Below are positions 12,084 through 23,635 of a DNA stretch of 64,000 nucleotides, piece by piece. Source of the stretch: Neodothiora populina (lineage: Eukaryota). The notes beneath the pieces are model-generated. The model worked only from the letters and a program-made list of their open reading frames with translations, made no database searches and was not told where the DNA came from. The stretch covers positions 2,418,001-2,482,000 of the forward strand of contig NW_027191404.1 in assembly GCF_041146345.1 (NCBI RefSeq), in the 5' to 3' direction. Every line of letters starts with the position of its first letter. The stretch's first letter is position 1. A program made the position numbers and the translations under genes.

Positions 12084-13835
12084 TGCGCTGCGTAGACAAC
12101 AACCTCGACTTTGAACAACAGCGGCGTGGCTTCGCGCCTACAGCATCGAAGGGAGCGCCAAGAAGGCGTATCGTCGCAGATAGAGCGCTCTCAATTCCGG
12201 GAGGCTCAAAACATATGGCACAGGCTGATCAAATGCGTGCACTGGGGTACTCGACGACGACGCAAGACGCAATTACCAAGATGAGAGGAGGCGATTAAAG
12301 GTGTGGTAGCTGGGTGGGCCTGATCGATGCAAGCGAACAACAGCGACAACGACAGCGAGGGGACAGGAAAGCGGAAACGGGCAGAAGTGGGCGCCGAAAT
12401 TTGGTCGCTCTGTCAGCAATCGAGGAGGCGGGCAAAGGTATGAAAGACGTCAACGGCAGGGAGCGGAACGCGGATAAGTTACAAAACAGCAAGCACGTTC
12501 GCTAGGTTCCTCTACCAAAATGTAACTTTTTTTTTTAATATCCGAGTGACTGCGACTCCCCTTGTTCGGCCATGGTCGGCCACTGGGGAAAGAGGGAACA
12601 TCTCAGACTGGAGCTACAGTGCCTGGTAGTTGCCTACCTCACGGAGTACACTCACTCGACGGACGGGCGCAATACGGCGGCCCTGATCAAAGACATCACC
12701 GTACGCTACGCTGCGAATCATGATGGCATAGGACACCGTTACGTAGTCACTTTAGTCGAACTCGACTGCATGCACACTGCGCGCTGCTGCTGAACATCAT
12801 CTCGCTAATAAAAACGACGATTACAGCGAGATGGCGTGGGCGTTGCTACGCGGCTTGTGAAAATCAGTCCGTTCGACTTATTCTGATTGCTTTCCCCCCT
12901 CATACTGCATTGACAATCTCCCCGAACGCGCAAATTAATGTCATCAATAACCCCAGGTCGCAGTTAAGATAGTATGGAGTATCAGGTACACAAGACACAA
13001 ATAGATATTTTCCAGATCCTCCTTGGATTCCGCACTTGTTCTACTGTAAGGTGTATCCGACTGCGCATTGCCTCCTTCTAGGTCATGGAAATACCGTACC
13101 ACACGGTATCTTGCCTGGTTGTGCTATACTTGTACGCGGTACGGACTGCGGGTATCTTCATTCTTAAGTCCGCAGTGGCGTCCACTCCCGGATGTTCGGA
13201 TCCTTACCTCTCCACTCCTGAGCTTACTTTTCAGGCCTGACGCGCTCCTTAGCGTCTATCTACGCGCTACGACGGGTCGCTCCTTGTTCTTTGCGAGGTA
13301 GGTCAATCGCTACCTGGAAAAAACAGTGCGCATTCGCATCTGGCGTAACGGCTTCTCTGGCATAGCTCGAGGATTACTTCGATTGTTCTCGTACTAAGCA
13401 GGACTGGTTCTTGTGAGATGATGCGCGCGTGGTTATATGAGCTCCGCCTCACCAGTGCGATCGCGTTTCGACTATCAATGCTGCTCGTTTCGCTTTGCGT
13501 TCGGCGTGATATGTTTCCAGAATGCTCGGCTGTTTCGTGTTGCATTACTCGCGACACGAATACGTGCATCAGCACAACCTTGCCGAGACCTTTTATTTTC
13601 ATAGGGGTTCTTTACAACAATCGACACCCCAGCCCTGCTCTCTGCATCAACACTTCTAGCGGCACTTGCACAAGCACCGCAGGTACCCCTTATTCTGCGC
13701 CCAGAGTCTTGATATAGACGTGTACTTTTCTGCACCCGCTAGGGGCAGATAGCTAAAATGTTTACGGTAATAATATTCTATGCTTCATTCAAAGCGACTC
13801 AAATCATGAAATTCATCTCATCTCCACATATATCA

Positions 13836-16628
13836 TTAATGCTGGCGTAGCAATAAATCTACCGCCCGATCAACTCTCAGCCCGTTCCCCATGTCTGTCA
13901 ATTTCAGTGCTTCTGTAGCTTGCGATGCTGAGAAACCCATGGCCACGATCTTGGCAACAGCTACGTCTGCTGTGTTTTCAGCAACGCCTTCGAGACTTAG
14001 CAAGCTTAGCCTGTTGAATGTATCAACACGCTCTTCGATTATCGGACTAATCTTTCTCCCTGACCAGAAAGCTTGGTGATGCAGGGGTGAGCCCGATCCC
14101 TCTCCATGTGAGACCGATACAGCGCTGTCGCGACGCGCACATATGCTCATGGCACGCTCGTTGCCCATGCTGATCAGAGGCAGACTTTGATATTTACTCG
14201 AGTTGCGCGATAGCTTGATTTCGGCGGCCAATGACGCGACTCTCTTGCGGCCCTGATCTTTCGTGTCTCGTGGAGCTGTGTGGCTGCTTGATGAGGCAAT
14301 CGTAAGTCGTTCTTCGTACAGTCGTGCCACTGGCTCTCGAAAGAAGGTGCGTCTACTGGTGCCAGCTCCTGTCAGATTCCAGTCCGTCCAGCCGTTGAGC
14401 TCCGCCAGCTTTAGGCCTGAGTCGTTTGAGTCCTCAGAATGTCTTGCAAGTTCTAGCACCACGGCAGGACCAAGGGTAAGGATATAAGCGATCCATTCCT
14501 CCATAGTCGCTTCCTCTTTCGCAAGGTCACCGCTTTCGACCCCGGCAGCGTGAAAGATTCCGATGTCTCGGGCTTGCTCAACCTTGTCGTGATAGCCTGC
14601 GAGCAGAGCTGCGAGGCCGTTCCAGAGCTCGGCCATGTCATAGAGCTGGGAGGAAGATAGACCACTAACATTACCTTTGGCGAAGTATTCAGGAGCGTTT
14701 AGTAGAACGCCACCCATTTCAAACTCCAAATTGATATTGATAGTGGCGGCACAGTCATCTTCATGTGCAAGTAAGCCTCCTTTGAGCCAGTCAAGCTGGC
14801 CGGTCACATCGTCTTCTCTTCCTTTGTCACATCCGAAGATCTTACAGAAGCACCACACCCGATAGAACGCATCGTCGAATCGTTTCGCATTGACGTCCCT
14901 TTCCGAGGTAAGAGCAAGGACAGTCTCATGGCGGAGAAATGATTGACAACGTTCAAGTATGAGCGATTTCAGTTCCCTGATGATGCTTCCGTCGTTCCTG
15001 ATGCCATTCAGATAATTCGATGGTGAATTAACTTGTGAATTGGTCCAGAAGCAGTCGTCCGAATCAGCGAAATCTGCCATCGACCATTCCCGCAATTCCC
15101 ACGCGGCTGATGACTGCTTCTGCAACACTGCTCGCAAAAGACCAATTTCGTTGGCTCTGTAGACACCATACATGCCTTTATTGATGACAGACATGGCCTG
15201 CAAGTCCTGTATCGTGGTCAAAGAAGACATGATGCGAACCAGGATGGCCTCGGCTTCGTGGGATGGTGAAACAGGTTGCATCGGGCTTGTGGGGGCCGTC
15301 TTTAGCGAAGAGATGGCCGAAAAAAGAAGTGACATCTGTGCAGAGGACAGCGACATCTCGGACTCTGGCGCGCAATCTACCCTATGCGCGGCTGATCTTG
15401 TACTGCATGTACGATGAATCTGGCCTGGACTTGACTTGTTGTACGTGTCCTTGATCGCCGGCGTGGACGTCCGTCTTGTCAGTCCGTCCACAGTCACTTC
15501 AGGTTCCTGAATTCCTCTGCTCATGTTGAGAAAAGAGGCTCTCCATTCCCTTTTACGAGACTTTTTGGGTATCGTGGGAGCACGGGTAAGCTCTGCACGA
15601 GCCGGAAGTGCATGCTGATCTGTCTCGTACTCCGAGATCGTTTCTAGTTGCTTCTGCAAATCAAACACAGCCTCGCTCAAGGTTGGACTGGATGGTCTTC
15701 GAACTTCGAGATGGCGTTGACGAGGCAGAGGCTTGCTCTGATCATCGAACACACCAGCGAAAATTGGAGACATAGCCGCAAATCCAGAACCGGTATTTTT
15801 GTCTAGATCAGACAAGATAGTGGTGATATTGGTTTCGTCTTCAACACTGGTCATGGAAGAAGTCCGGCTATATGTCGAGGAGTTTTCGGAAGCGATGTCG
15901 AAGCTATCCCTGGACAGTTCACTAGTTGTTGTCGACAGTTGACGCTTCTGCATTGGCTCAATGCTGTTGTCATTCCGGAATGCAGGATGAATATTTGACC
16001 TTTGTGCTAAGAATGGTGTATGGCCGAGGCTAGAAGCCAATGGTGATGCAGTCTGTGATCCGACAACCCCATACCGTTTCTCCTCAGATTCGGTATGCTG
16101 TGGAATGACGACAGATAGGTTCGGTCGTGATTGGTACGAGCGAGCTGCGGAGTCCCAGATCGCGGTGCCATCTCGCCAGACGCCAATTTTGCTTGACCTC
16201 GGTGGCAGTGCAGGCACTTGATGATCTCTGGCTGTCGGGATCCTATTCCAGTCACGGCTGTCTGGCACATCTTGTATCGAAGATCTGTTGCTCTGTAGAC
16301 CTTGGCCAATCGCAGTCAGTATCTCGTCATTCGGCGAGGTAATCATTGCTTGATCTAAGGGAGACATTGAGGCTTGTGGAGAAGGAGGCACAGCATGTAG
16401 TATCGTGCCCTTTTCTTCCGATCTTGTTAGTCTATCAAGTCGTCTTTTCCAAGACGACGGCTTGGTGCTTTCTCTCTTCGGTGGGGCCATTGAGTCTACG
16501 GGGAAAGGAGTAATGATGGATTCGACTGTCTCGATTCCGCGGCGACTGAAGACTGATATGCTTCTTCTTGTAGGGAACTTCGCATGTTCCCAATCAGTAG
16601 GACTATGGTTCACTTGGGATGATGCCAT
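13836..16628 (-). CDS. Hypothetical protein (930 aa): disordered S/P-rich N-half, F-box-like segment, helical core and C-terminal UBA-like domain
   Basis: Long intronless ORF. The C-terminus AVAKIVAMGFSASQATEALKLTD...VDRAVDLLL has the UBA MGF loop and terminal LL. EAILVRIMSSLTTIQDLQAMSVINKGMY resembles an F-box. First ATG is at 16628. Confidence 0.8.
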   Translation of the reverse strand: MASSQVNHSPTDWEHAKFPTRRSISVFSRRGIETVESIITPFPVDSMAPPKRESTKPSSWKRRLDRLTRSEEKGTILHAVPPSPQASMSPLDQAMITSPNDEILTAIGQGLQSNRSSIQDVPDSRDWNRIPTARDHQVPALPPRSSKIGVWRDGTAIWDSAARSYQSRPNLSVVIPQHTESEEKRYGVVGSQTASPLASSLGHTPFLAQRSNIHPAFRNDNSIEPMQKRQLSTTTSELSRDSFDIASENSSTYSRTSSMTSVEDETNITTILSDLDKNTGSGFAAMSPIFAGVFDDQSKPLPRQRHLEVRRPSSPTLSEAVFDLQKQLETISEYETDQHALPARAELTRAPTIPKKSRKREWRASFLNMSRGIQEPEVTVDGLTRRTSTPAIKDTYNKSSPGQIHRTCSTRSAAHRVDCAPESEMSLSSAQMSLLFSAISSLKTAPTSPMQPVSPSHEAEAILVRIMSSLTTIQDLQAMSVINKGMYGVYRANEIGLLRAVLQKQSSAAWELREWSMADFADSDDCFWTNSQVNSPSNYLNGIRNDGSIIRELKSLILERCQSFLRHETVLALTSERDVNAKRFDDAFYRVWCFCKIFGCDKGREDDVTGQLDWLKGGLLAHEDDCAATININLEFEMGGVLLNAPEYFAKGNVSGLSSSQLYDMAELWNGLAALLAGYHDKVEQARDIGIFHAAGVESGDLAKEEATMEEWIAYILTLGPAVVLELARHSEDSNDSGLKLAELNGWTDWNLTGAGTSRRTFFREPVARLYEERLTIASSSSHTAPRDTKDQGRKRVASLAAEIKLSRNSSKYQSLPLISMGNERAMSICARRDSAVSVSHGEGSGSPLHHQAFWSGRKISPIIEERVDTFNRLSLLSLEGVAENTADVAVAKIVAMGFSASQATEALKLTDMGNGLRVDRAVDLLLRQH

Positions 16629-17624
16629 CACAGGGTCACAATCAGGGTGTGTGGGGTATAAAGGTGAATCAAACGGCGATTATCGATGTTCCATGTGTTC
16701 GAACTGTCGTCTTACAGCGGTGATGGATCAACCAGAACTGGAAACCCTGACACAGGTCCAGACTCCGAGCATACAACAATCAATCGGGGCACGATAACAG
16801 CACATTTTGACAGACCGTCGGAAAATCAGGATACTAGACAATACACTTCTCGAATAATGCCCCCTGCGATTCGGAAGTAGTTGAGGGGGCGCTTTTCGGA
16901 CAAAGTTATTCCTGGCTCACAGTCAGGCTGAGTAGTACAAGGGTTGCACCACGGAGCTGTTCCAAAGATAAAAAGTAGCTTTTACAATGATCCTTGTAAG
17001 CGACAAGTACTGTTGGACTCACCTCAGCTGACGAAACGGCCGATAACAGCAACAGACTCCTCATGGATTGGTAGAAGTGCAACCCGACGGAATGGGACGA
17101 GGCGTCCCGAGCGGACGTTGTTTCTTTAAAAAGGTATGGAGGACTGGGCAAAGTCGGACAAGGCTTGTGAAGTTCGCCGGTATACCGCTGTCTACCTAGG
17201 TACTCCAAAGTATACTTGCCTACAGCTGTAGATACGACTACTGTATAAGCCCTGAGACATACCTGCATCAATACTAGAGAAAGTGGCATACGCATTGCAC
17301 AACGACTGATAAGAATGTGAGCTATGATGACACAGAACAACCGTCTTCTAGATAACCTCAAGGTAAAGGTAAAACACAAGGTGACCAGAACCATGGAGAC
17401 ACCATGTCAACCATGGCCTCGGGTTTTGATGCATCTACCATGTGACTGACTAGGAAAGGGTCTCTGGGATGTCCAAAAGTCTAACAAGCGAGCGAACAAG
17501 GATTCGTCAACCTTTATTCGATTACTGTACAGTAGGTACTCAGCTGCACACCATTGTACGTAATTACAGCATGACCATCTATGGCTACGGAAAATGGCAA
17601 GTAGGATCTTGACATCGATGAGGC

Positions 17625-17639
17625 AAAAAAGGCCAAAAA
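17625..17639 (-). terminator. RNA polymerase III terminator (TTTTT GGCC TTTTTT) for the tRNA
   Basis: Two oligo-T runs on the minus strand begin about 9 nt after the tRNA discriminator base. Confidence 0.7.
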
Positions 17640-17647
17640 TATATCAT

Positions 17648-17736
17648 CGCCGGAGGCGGGGCTCGAACCCGCGACCTTGAGGTAGTTTTGAACTCGTCGT
17701 AAAAGCCACACGCTCTTCCGATTGAGCTACCCCGGC
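17648..17736 (-). tRNA. tRNA-Lys(UUU) with a 16-nt intron (17699-17684)
   Basis: Reverse complement: GCCGGGG TA GCTC AATCGGAA GAGC G TGTGG CT TTT A [CGACGAGTTCAAAACT] A CCTCA AGGTC GCGGG TTCGAGC CCCGC CTCCGGC G. It has A and B boxes, a cloverleaf, a canonical 37/38 intron, a 73-nt mature length and T5/T6 runs just downstream. Confidence 0.95.
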
Positions 17737-18118
17737 AGATAAGTACAGTGGTTGTAAAAAGCAATATATCCCTTCTATCTGATATTCCATCCACTTCGTC
17801 GACAAGGGTAGCTCAATAGTCGTCTTAGCCACCTGCATGTTTCGGATTCATTACACTGTGACAGACGTCGATAGCCCGAGACTGCAGCATGATGACAAAG
17901 TGAGGTAAGTGAGGTTCGGGCGGGAAGATCAAATATGCCTGAATATCATAATCAGCACATTGCCTTAGACAACATGCCGTAGATCTGATCATTAGACTGA
18001 ATCTCGATCAAAGATTATGTCACGTATCTAGTTCTCTGCTTCTCCGCTTCTCTTTTCAAAGGCATAACAGGCATTATAAACATATTTATTTTACTATTGA
18101 CATATGATCGACGACATT

Positions 18119-19987
18119 CTATACTTTCTCCAATAATCCCTTCCTCTCGAAACCTCGACCTTTGCCACGGCCCCTGCCGCGTTTGGCACCGCCTCCTCTT
18201 CGATTGACAGAAAACTCAATCTTGACGAGCGGCTTCTCCACCCAATCATGTTCATCAAGTCCTGTCCTTTCCTTCTCTTCGTCGGATAAGCGCCACGCCT
18301 GGAAAACTCCCAAGAGTTTGTCGCCAGACGTTTCTTTTGAGCCTTTCGACTCTAGGTCTACGTTTCTCAACTTCTCGACCCAAGTTCTGATGTATTCACC
18401 CTTCGGGTCATAGTCGAGCGCCTGTTTCACGGGGTTGAAGATGCGCGCAGCCCTCGGATCATTACCAACTCCAGCGACGTATTGCCAATTGCCGTAGTTT
18501 GAACTGACATCGTAGTCGATTAGGTTACACTCATACCATTCCGCACCAATGCGCCAGTCTATTCCCAGATGTTTTGTCAAATAACTAGCGACATTCTGAC
18601 GTGCTCGGTTTGACGTGTAACCAGTGAGAAACAGCTCGCGCTGACTGGCGTCGATTAAGCCAGTACCGGTCCTGCCGCGTATAAAGCGAGCAACGGCTGC
18701 TGATGTTGGATCTTCGAATGCTCCAGGCGGACCTTTCTTCGAAGAATGGGTAAATGGGCTGTCGACATACCTCCATCTTGCAGCTTTGTCTTCTCGAAAT
18801 CCCTCAATACGGAACAATTGGGGACCGAATTTGCGAGTGCAAAGACGCATGTAATCGCGCCAGAGTAGCTCGAAACGGACCGCGGCTGTTCCCTTGTTCT
18901 GACCTTTGCCGTAACCGGGTGCTTCTTTGCCCAGACTAGTTTTCCCATCTTCAAAGTCAATGAGATACCAATGCACTTGGCGGGCAGTGATGCAGCCCAA
19001 GGCCAGCCAAGCTGACAGCTTCGTACTAAAGTCGGTTCCTAACAAGCCGTTCCTTGTGTCCTTGTATGCAGTCATGCTGCCACTCCTGATCAAATGTTCT
19101 ACACGTTCCAATCCAGTCTTAGAACCTCCTTCGAAGGGGTGGGCTGACTCGGCCCCAGAAGGCCACGTTGGGGGTTGCGCAAGACCGAGGCTGGGGTTTA
19201 AAGGAGCCAGGAGACATTTCATGGCAGGTTCAAGCTCTTGTGGAACGGAGAAAGGCTCAAACTGTTCCGGAACAAAAGAGGGCATAGGAGGCAAGGAAGT
19301 AGGCGATTTGAGGCAACCACGAGGAGCCTCTCGAAGGGGTTCAACGGTCTTGCGAAAAGAGGTGAACACATCCGATAGTTCGCTAGGATGATCAAATGGG
19401 ACATCTCGACTGCGGGTTGTAAGCTAAAGCATCAGAAGTGAGGACTAGATCATCGCGTACTCATCGATAAAGTATTTCTCATCGACCCAAATTTTGAGAT
19501 TTGTGTCGTATTGTCGACATAATTTCCGGACATCTCTTTCCTCTCTCTTCTCTTCGACGCCTTCTTCGTTGGTCATGTACACGCCCGTGATCTCGAACTC
19601 TTCCTTACGTTCGTTGTAGGCTTGCAAGACGGTGCCCAGAACGTCATGGGCCGTACCCACTCGTACTGCAACACCAGACCCGACCTTCTCCAGATCACGT
19701 TTTAGATCCCACACCGACTCAGCTAGGAATTTCGCCCTCAATGCTCCACAGCGCCAGAAGCCACCGACTTGGCTTCTGGCTTCAGCATAGGGTGACTTGC
19801 GATCTGGCGATTGCAGAAAGCCCGACGTTTCTACCTGGTTTGATGGAAAGTAATAGATTGGCAACAAATGGGTAAAGGGCGACTCCGATTGTTGATGGAG
19901 ACGAGCAACCTCGTGAAAAATTGGATTGTCTGCCAAACGAAGATCACGTCGCAGGAGACAGAGAAGAACCCGCTCCTTTGGCGGCAT
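18119..19987 (-). CDS. cry: Cryptochrome-DASH (photolyase/cryptochrome family), 605 aa, 2 exons (19987-19461, 19409-18119)
   Basis: N-terminal RRDLRLADNP, then RAKFLAESVWDL, YKDTRNGLLGTDFSTKLSAWLALGCITAR (DASH-type), FELLWRDY, TGYTSNRARQNVASYL, DWRIGAEWYE and DYDVSSNYGNWQYVAGVGNDPR, with an RG/RGG-rich tail. One 51-nt GT-AG intron. Confidence 0.95.
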
Positions 19988-22075
19988 GGTATATCCTTAC
20001 TATGGGTTCGATTTTGCTAGATTGGGCCGGCGGCTGTTACAAGCTGGCAGCGTACATTCAAGAAGCAGACCAGTTGGACATAGTAAACCTCTCGATGGCC
20101 GTATCATCAACGACAGAGACTGAGGCAAACTCGAATCGGACAATGATTGAGTTAACGCGCACGCACCGATTGCGAGGCGACCACGATGTCATACCTGTTG
20201 AAGGCAATAAAAAATGAATAAATGAATCGAGACTAAACATGCCCAGGAATCGGATTAAGCAAATATTGCGTTTTGAACCTACTTCAAGGGGACAAGCGTG
20301 CCAGATCTGTGTAGATGAGAAGTAGATGCTGAGATCGGGGTCGCCACGATCGCAATCCTGCCACAACGTGCTCATCACGGACATTTCATTGCCAGAAGCT
20401 TGATACATCGGCTTCTAGCTTCATCGACCCAGGGTCTATGGCGAATGTTAGTATGGCAGATCGCCTCAAACTCTACGGTCACGATTGGAGCAAGGAAACA
20501 ACATGGAAGACAACGTGGTGGAAGGGATCTGTAAGACAAAAAGATCGATGACGTTTATGCATAGATTCCAACAGACTTTTTGGCGCAGAGCTTAACGGCC
20601 CTCCGCGGTGGGGGCAAAGATGGATCTGGTAAGCGATCATTTCGTAGTCTAGCTCCACAGCTCCTACATTGTTGAAGCGTTCGCCGTCAGCACCAGGACA
20701 GGGTCTCGGCAAGAAATGGAAGACCAGGATAGTGGCTGCATCTTCCGCCTCTGTCAGCAGCGATGCTGGTGCTCTGTATTCATGGAAATTATGTGAAGAC
20801 TGCCCTGTCAAACCACGAATGATGAAGGACCCGCAGAAACACTTCCAGTCAGCTTGTAATGGAGTGTGAGTATCCGCCTTTGGGCGGTTCAAACGTGGTT
20901 CACATCCGAACCATCGATCGCTTCGTATCGCGAAGCTTAACACAAAATATTGCAAAGCGCTTAAAAGTCTTGATTTCGCCTCGCGTGCCGCATTGGACTT
21001 AATGTCCTCGAGCCGGAAATCATAGATAGATTGTTAGCCATGTGCTTAGAACACAAGATCGGTATCGTGTTTCTAACATTTGGGCCTACTTGATGGCGAT
21101 GGTGGTGATGCTATGACTTCCAAGTTGTGACGATCAAGTTCTAATCCCCGAACGCCGACAACGCAGATGTGATTATGTTGGCTCATTACGATGGTATCTC
21201 AAATATCAAGCAGTGGCGACAAGATATGGTATGACGCGTAGATCCTACGTGTTGTCAACGCGTGTCAGCATCCGTTTGACAACCTGCAAGTATGCAAGTT
21301 TCCACTCTTGAGATAGAAGTGAAGACCCCCAGCATTACCGGTGTTCTAGGATTGTCCTTTGCCTGTCTAAGTCATCGTATACATGGTCTAAGCAGGTAAA
21401 CCTGTATAAAGTTGTTCGGTATGCGGTTCCAACCAGACCTTTTCACACGCTACGTAATGATCTGCTGTATCGTCGTGTCTTCTATCTATTTTTCTGTATA
21501 GCATACCTTGAGGTAGTCTTGGTAGTTCAAGGTACCTTATGTTCGAGAACAAGTATCGGAACACGGAGTTCACAAGTCAGGTAATCGCGGGGTAAATGCT
21601 TGAGACACGGGCGTACTGCACTCCGCATGGCCGCTTCGAGCAAGTTCATGTTGGGGAAGCAGACGGATGCGCGGTAAGGTAAGATTGGAATCCCCCAGAA
21701 GCAAGTGGCGAGTCAAAATTGTATGACGACAATGTTCAACTGTGCGTTTTGAGGAATGAGTACAATGTGTATTGAGACGAAGGGGCATGACAAGATGTGA
21801 TTTATCGAGCAGAGTATGCTGCCATGTACGAGTGCTTTGTTGTCGTACGGGATATTGTTATTATCATCGTTGATCGAATACCATCACCTTCTCGTCGGAG
21901 GCTCGGGAGGGGTAGATCCGTCTCGTCGTCATTGATTTCTAAGGTAGGCCAAGCCGAATGGCGTAATAATGAACTGTACAGTGCAATGTTCCTCAAGGCA
22001 TCAGTATAACTCCCATTTACTTAATCGTCGTCTAATCTGTTTGATTATTGTTGAATTTCATCGACATTATTGACG

Positions 22076-23635
22076 ATGAGGTTCGCAACGCTAGTCCCAT
22101 TCATTGGTCTGAGTACCGCTTTTGTGGTGCCAGATGAGCAAGTGTTTAGCGAGCTTGCTATACAAGACCGCGTGCCGAGCAGACAGACTTCATGGTCCGA
22201 TACGATCCGGGATGGGATTGAGGACATCTCAAGTTCTCTAGATCGTGCCTTGGCTGAAGTGAGCAAGTCCAGTGGCGATTTGGTCAGCGAGATCCACGAG
22301 ACGGCCTTTGATGCACAGTCATGGGTCGAGTCGGGTTTTCAGGACGAAGACAGGGAGCATCCACCTCATCATGGACCTCCAGACCACAAGCGTCCACCTC
22401 ACCATGGGCCACCTGATCACGACCGTCCCCATCATCCTCCACACCACCATGAGCCTAATTTCACCGTATATGAATTGATTGTCAAGTCTAAATATACCAC
22501 TAAGCTGGCTGGCCTCATCAATGAGTACCCTGACCTAGTCGAGGCATTGAACGGAACCAAGGCAAACTACACGATCTTCGCTCCCACAGACAAGGCATTC
22601 GAGAGAATTCCTGAGCATGCGCCCAAGCCTTCGAAGGAAGATCTCAAGAAGATCTTGTCCTACCATATCTCACCTGAGTTCTATCCAGCCGGAAGGGTGC
22701 TGGCATCGCATACCATTCCCACGCTTCTCAAGGGCGAGAATCTACCTAAGGATGCCGTGCAGCGACTTAGTTTGCACATTGGCCTTAAGGGATTGACAGT
22801 CAACTTCTACAGCAGAGTTGTTGCCATCAACATTGTAAGTAATTGGGGATGACAGTCGATGAAGCAATGAATCACTCACATTCAACGCAGTTCGGCACGA
22901 ATGGAGTTATTCACGGCGTCGACCACAGTATGTACAACATAAATTCTCGTACTTGCGATGATGATCTCACTGACCGACTTTAGTCATCCTGCCTCCTCCA
23001 AAGATCACCAAGATCCTCGAACTCTTGCCATCTGAGTTCTCCACCCTTGAGCTAGGTCTGGCCAAAGTGGGAATGAACTCTACCGACCACCCTCCAGGCA
23101 CACTTTTCGCCCCCTCCAACTCTGCATTCTCTCGTCTCGGCCCAAGAATCAATGCATTCCTCTTCAGCCCTCGTGGTCTGCCTTACTTGGAGGCTCTTCT
23201 CAAGTATCACATTGTAAGTATCTACATACGCTGCTACTATCCGATCATCCTCTAATCATCCAAAAGGCACCAAAGAACGTCCTATACTCTGATGCTTTCT
23301 ACTCCGGATCCGAGCAGGCGACAGACTCCAAGGGCGTTTTCCACGTCGACCTCCCTACTCTACTAGAGGATCGATCTCTCTCCATCGACATCGCCAAATA
23401 CTACGGCTTCATCGAGATGAAGATCAACAGCTTCGCCAGAGTCAGTGTCTTCGACGGCGTCGCCGACGACGGAGTCATTCAGGTTGTGTCCAGTGTTCTC
23501 GTGCCACCCAAGAAGTTGGGCGGCATGGGCACCAGACTTCCTAAGCTGAACTTCTGGGACGGCGAGGAGGACATGTCTGTCGAGGAGTTTGTTGACAGGT
23601 TGCAGCCATTCGTGATCGAGAAGATTGATCTTTGA
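22076..23635 (+). CDS. Secreted fasciclin (FAS1) two-domain protein, 464 aa, 4 exons (22076-22834, 22891-22927, 22984-23213, 23267-23635)
   Basis: Signal peptide MRFATLVPFIGLSTA. FAS1 H1 motifs YTIFAPTDKAF and TLFAPSNSAF, YH motifs (LSYHI, LKYHI), H2 motifs NGVIHGVDH and DGVIQVVSSVL. His/Pro-rich linker. The exon sum of 1395 nt is in frame. Confidence 0.9.

Noticed and set aside
12300..13800. 1.5-kb region between the flippase start and the UBA gene end, with short ORFs
   Set aside because: The translations I tried show multiple stops and no recognisable motifs. It is consistent with promoter plus 3' UTR.
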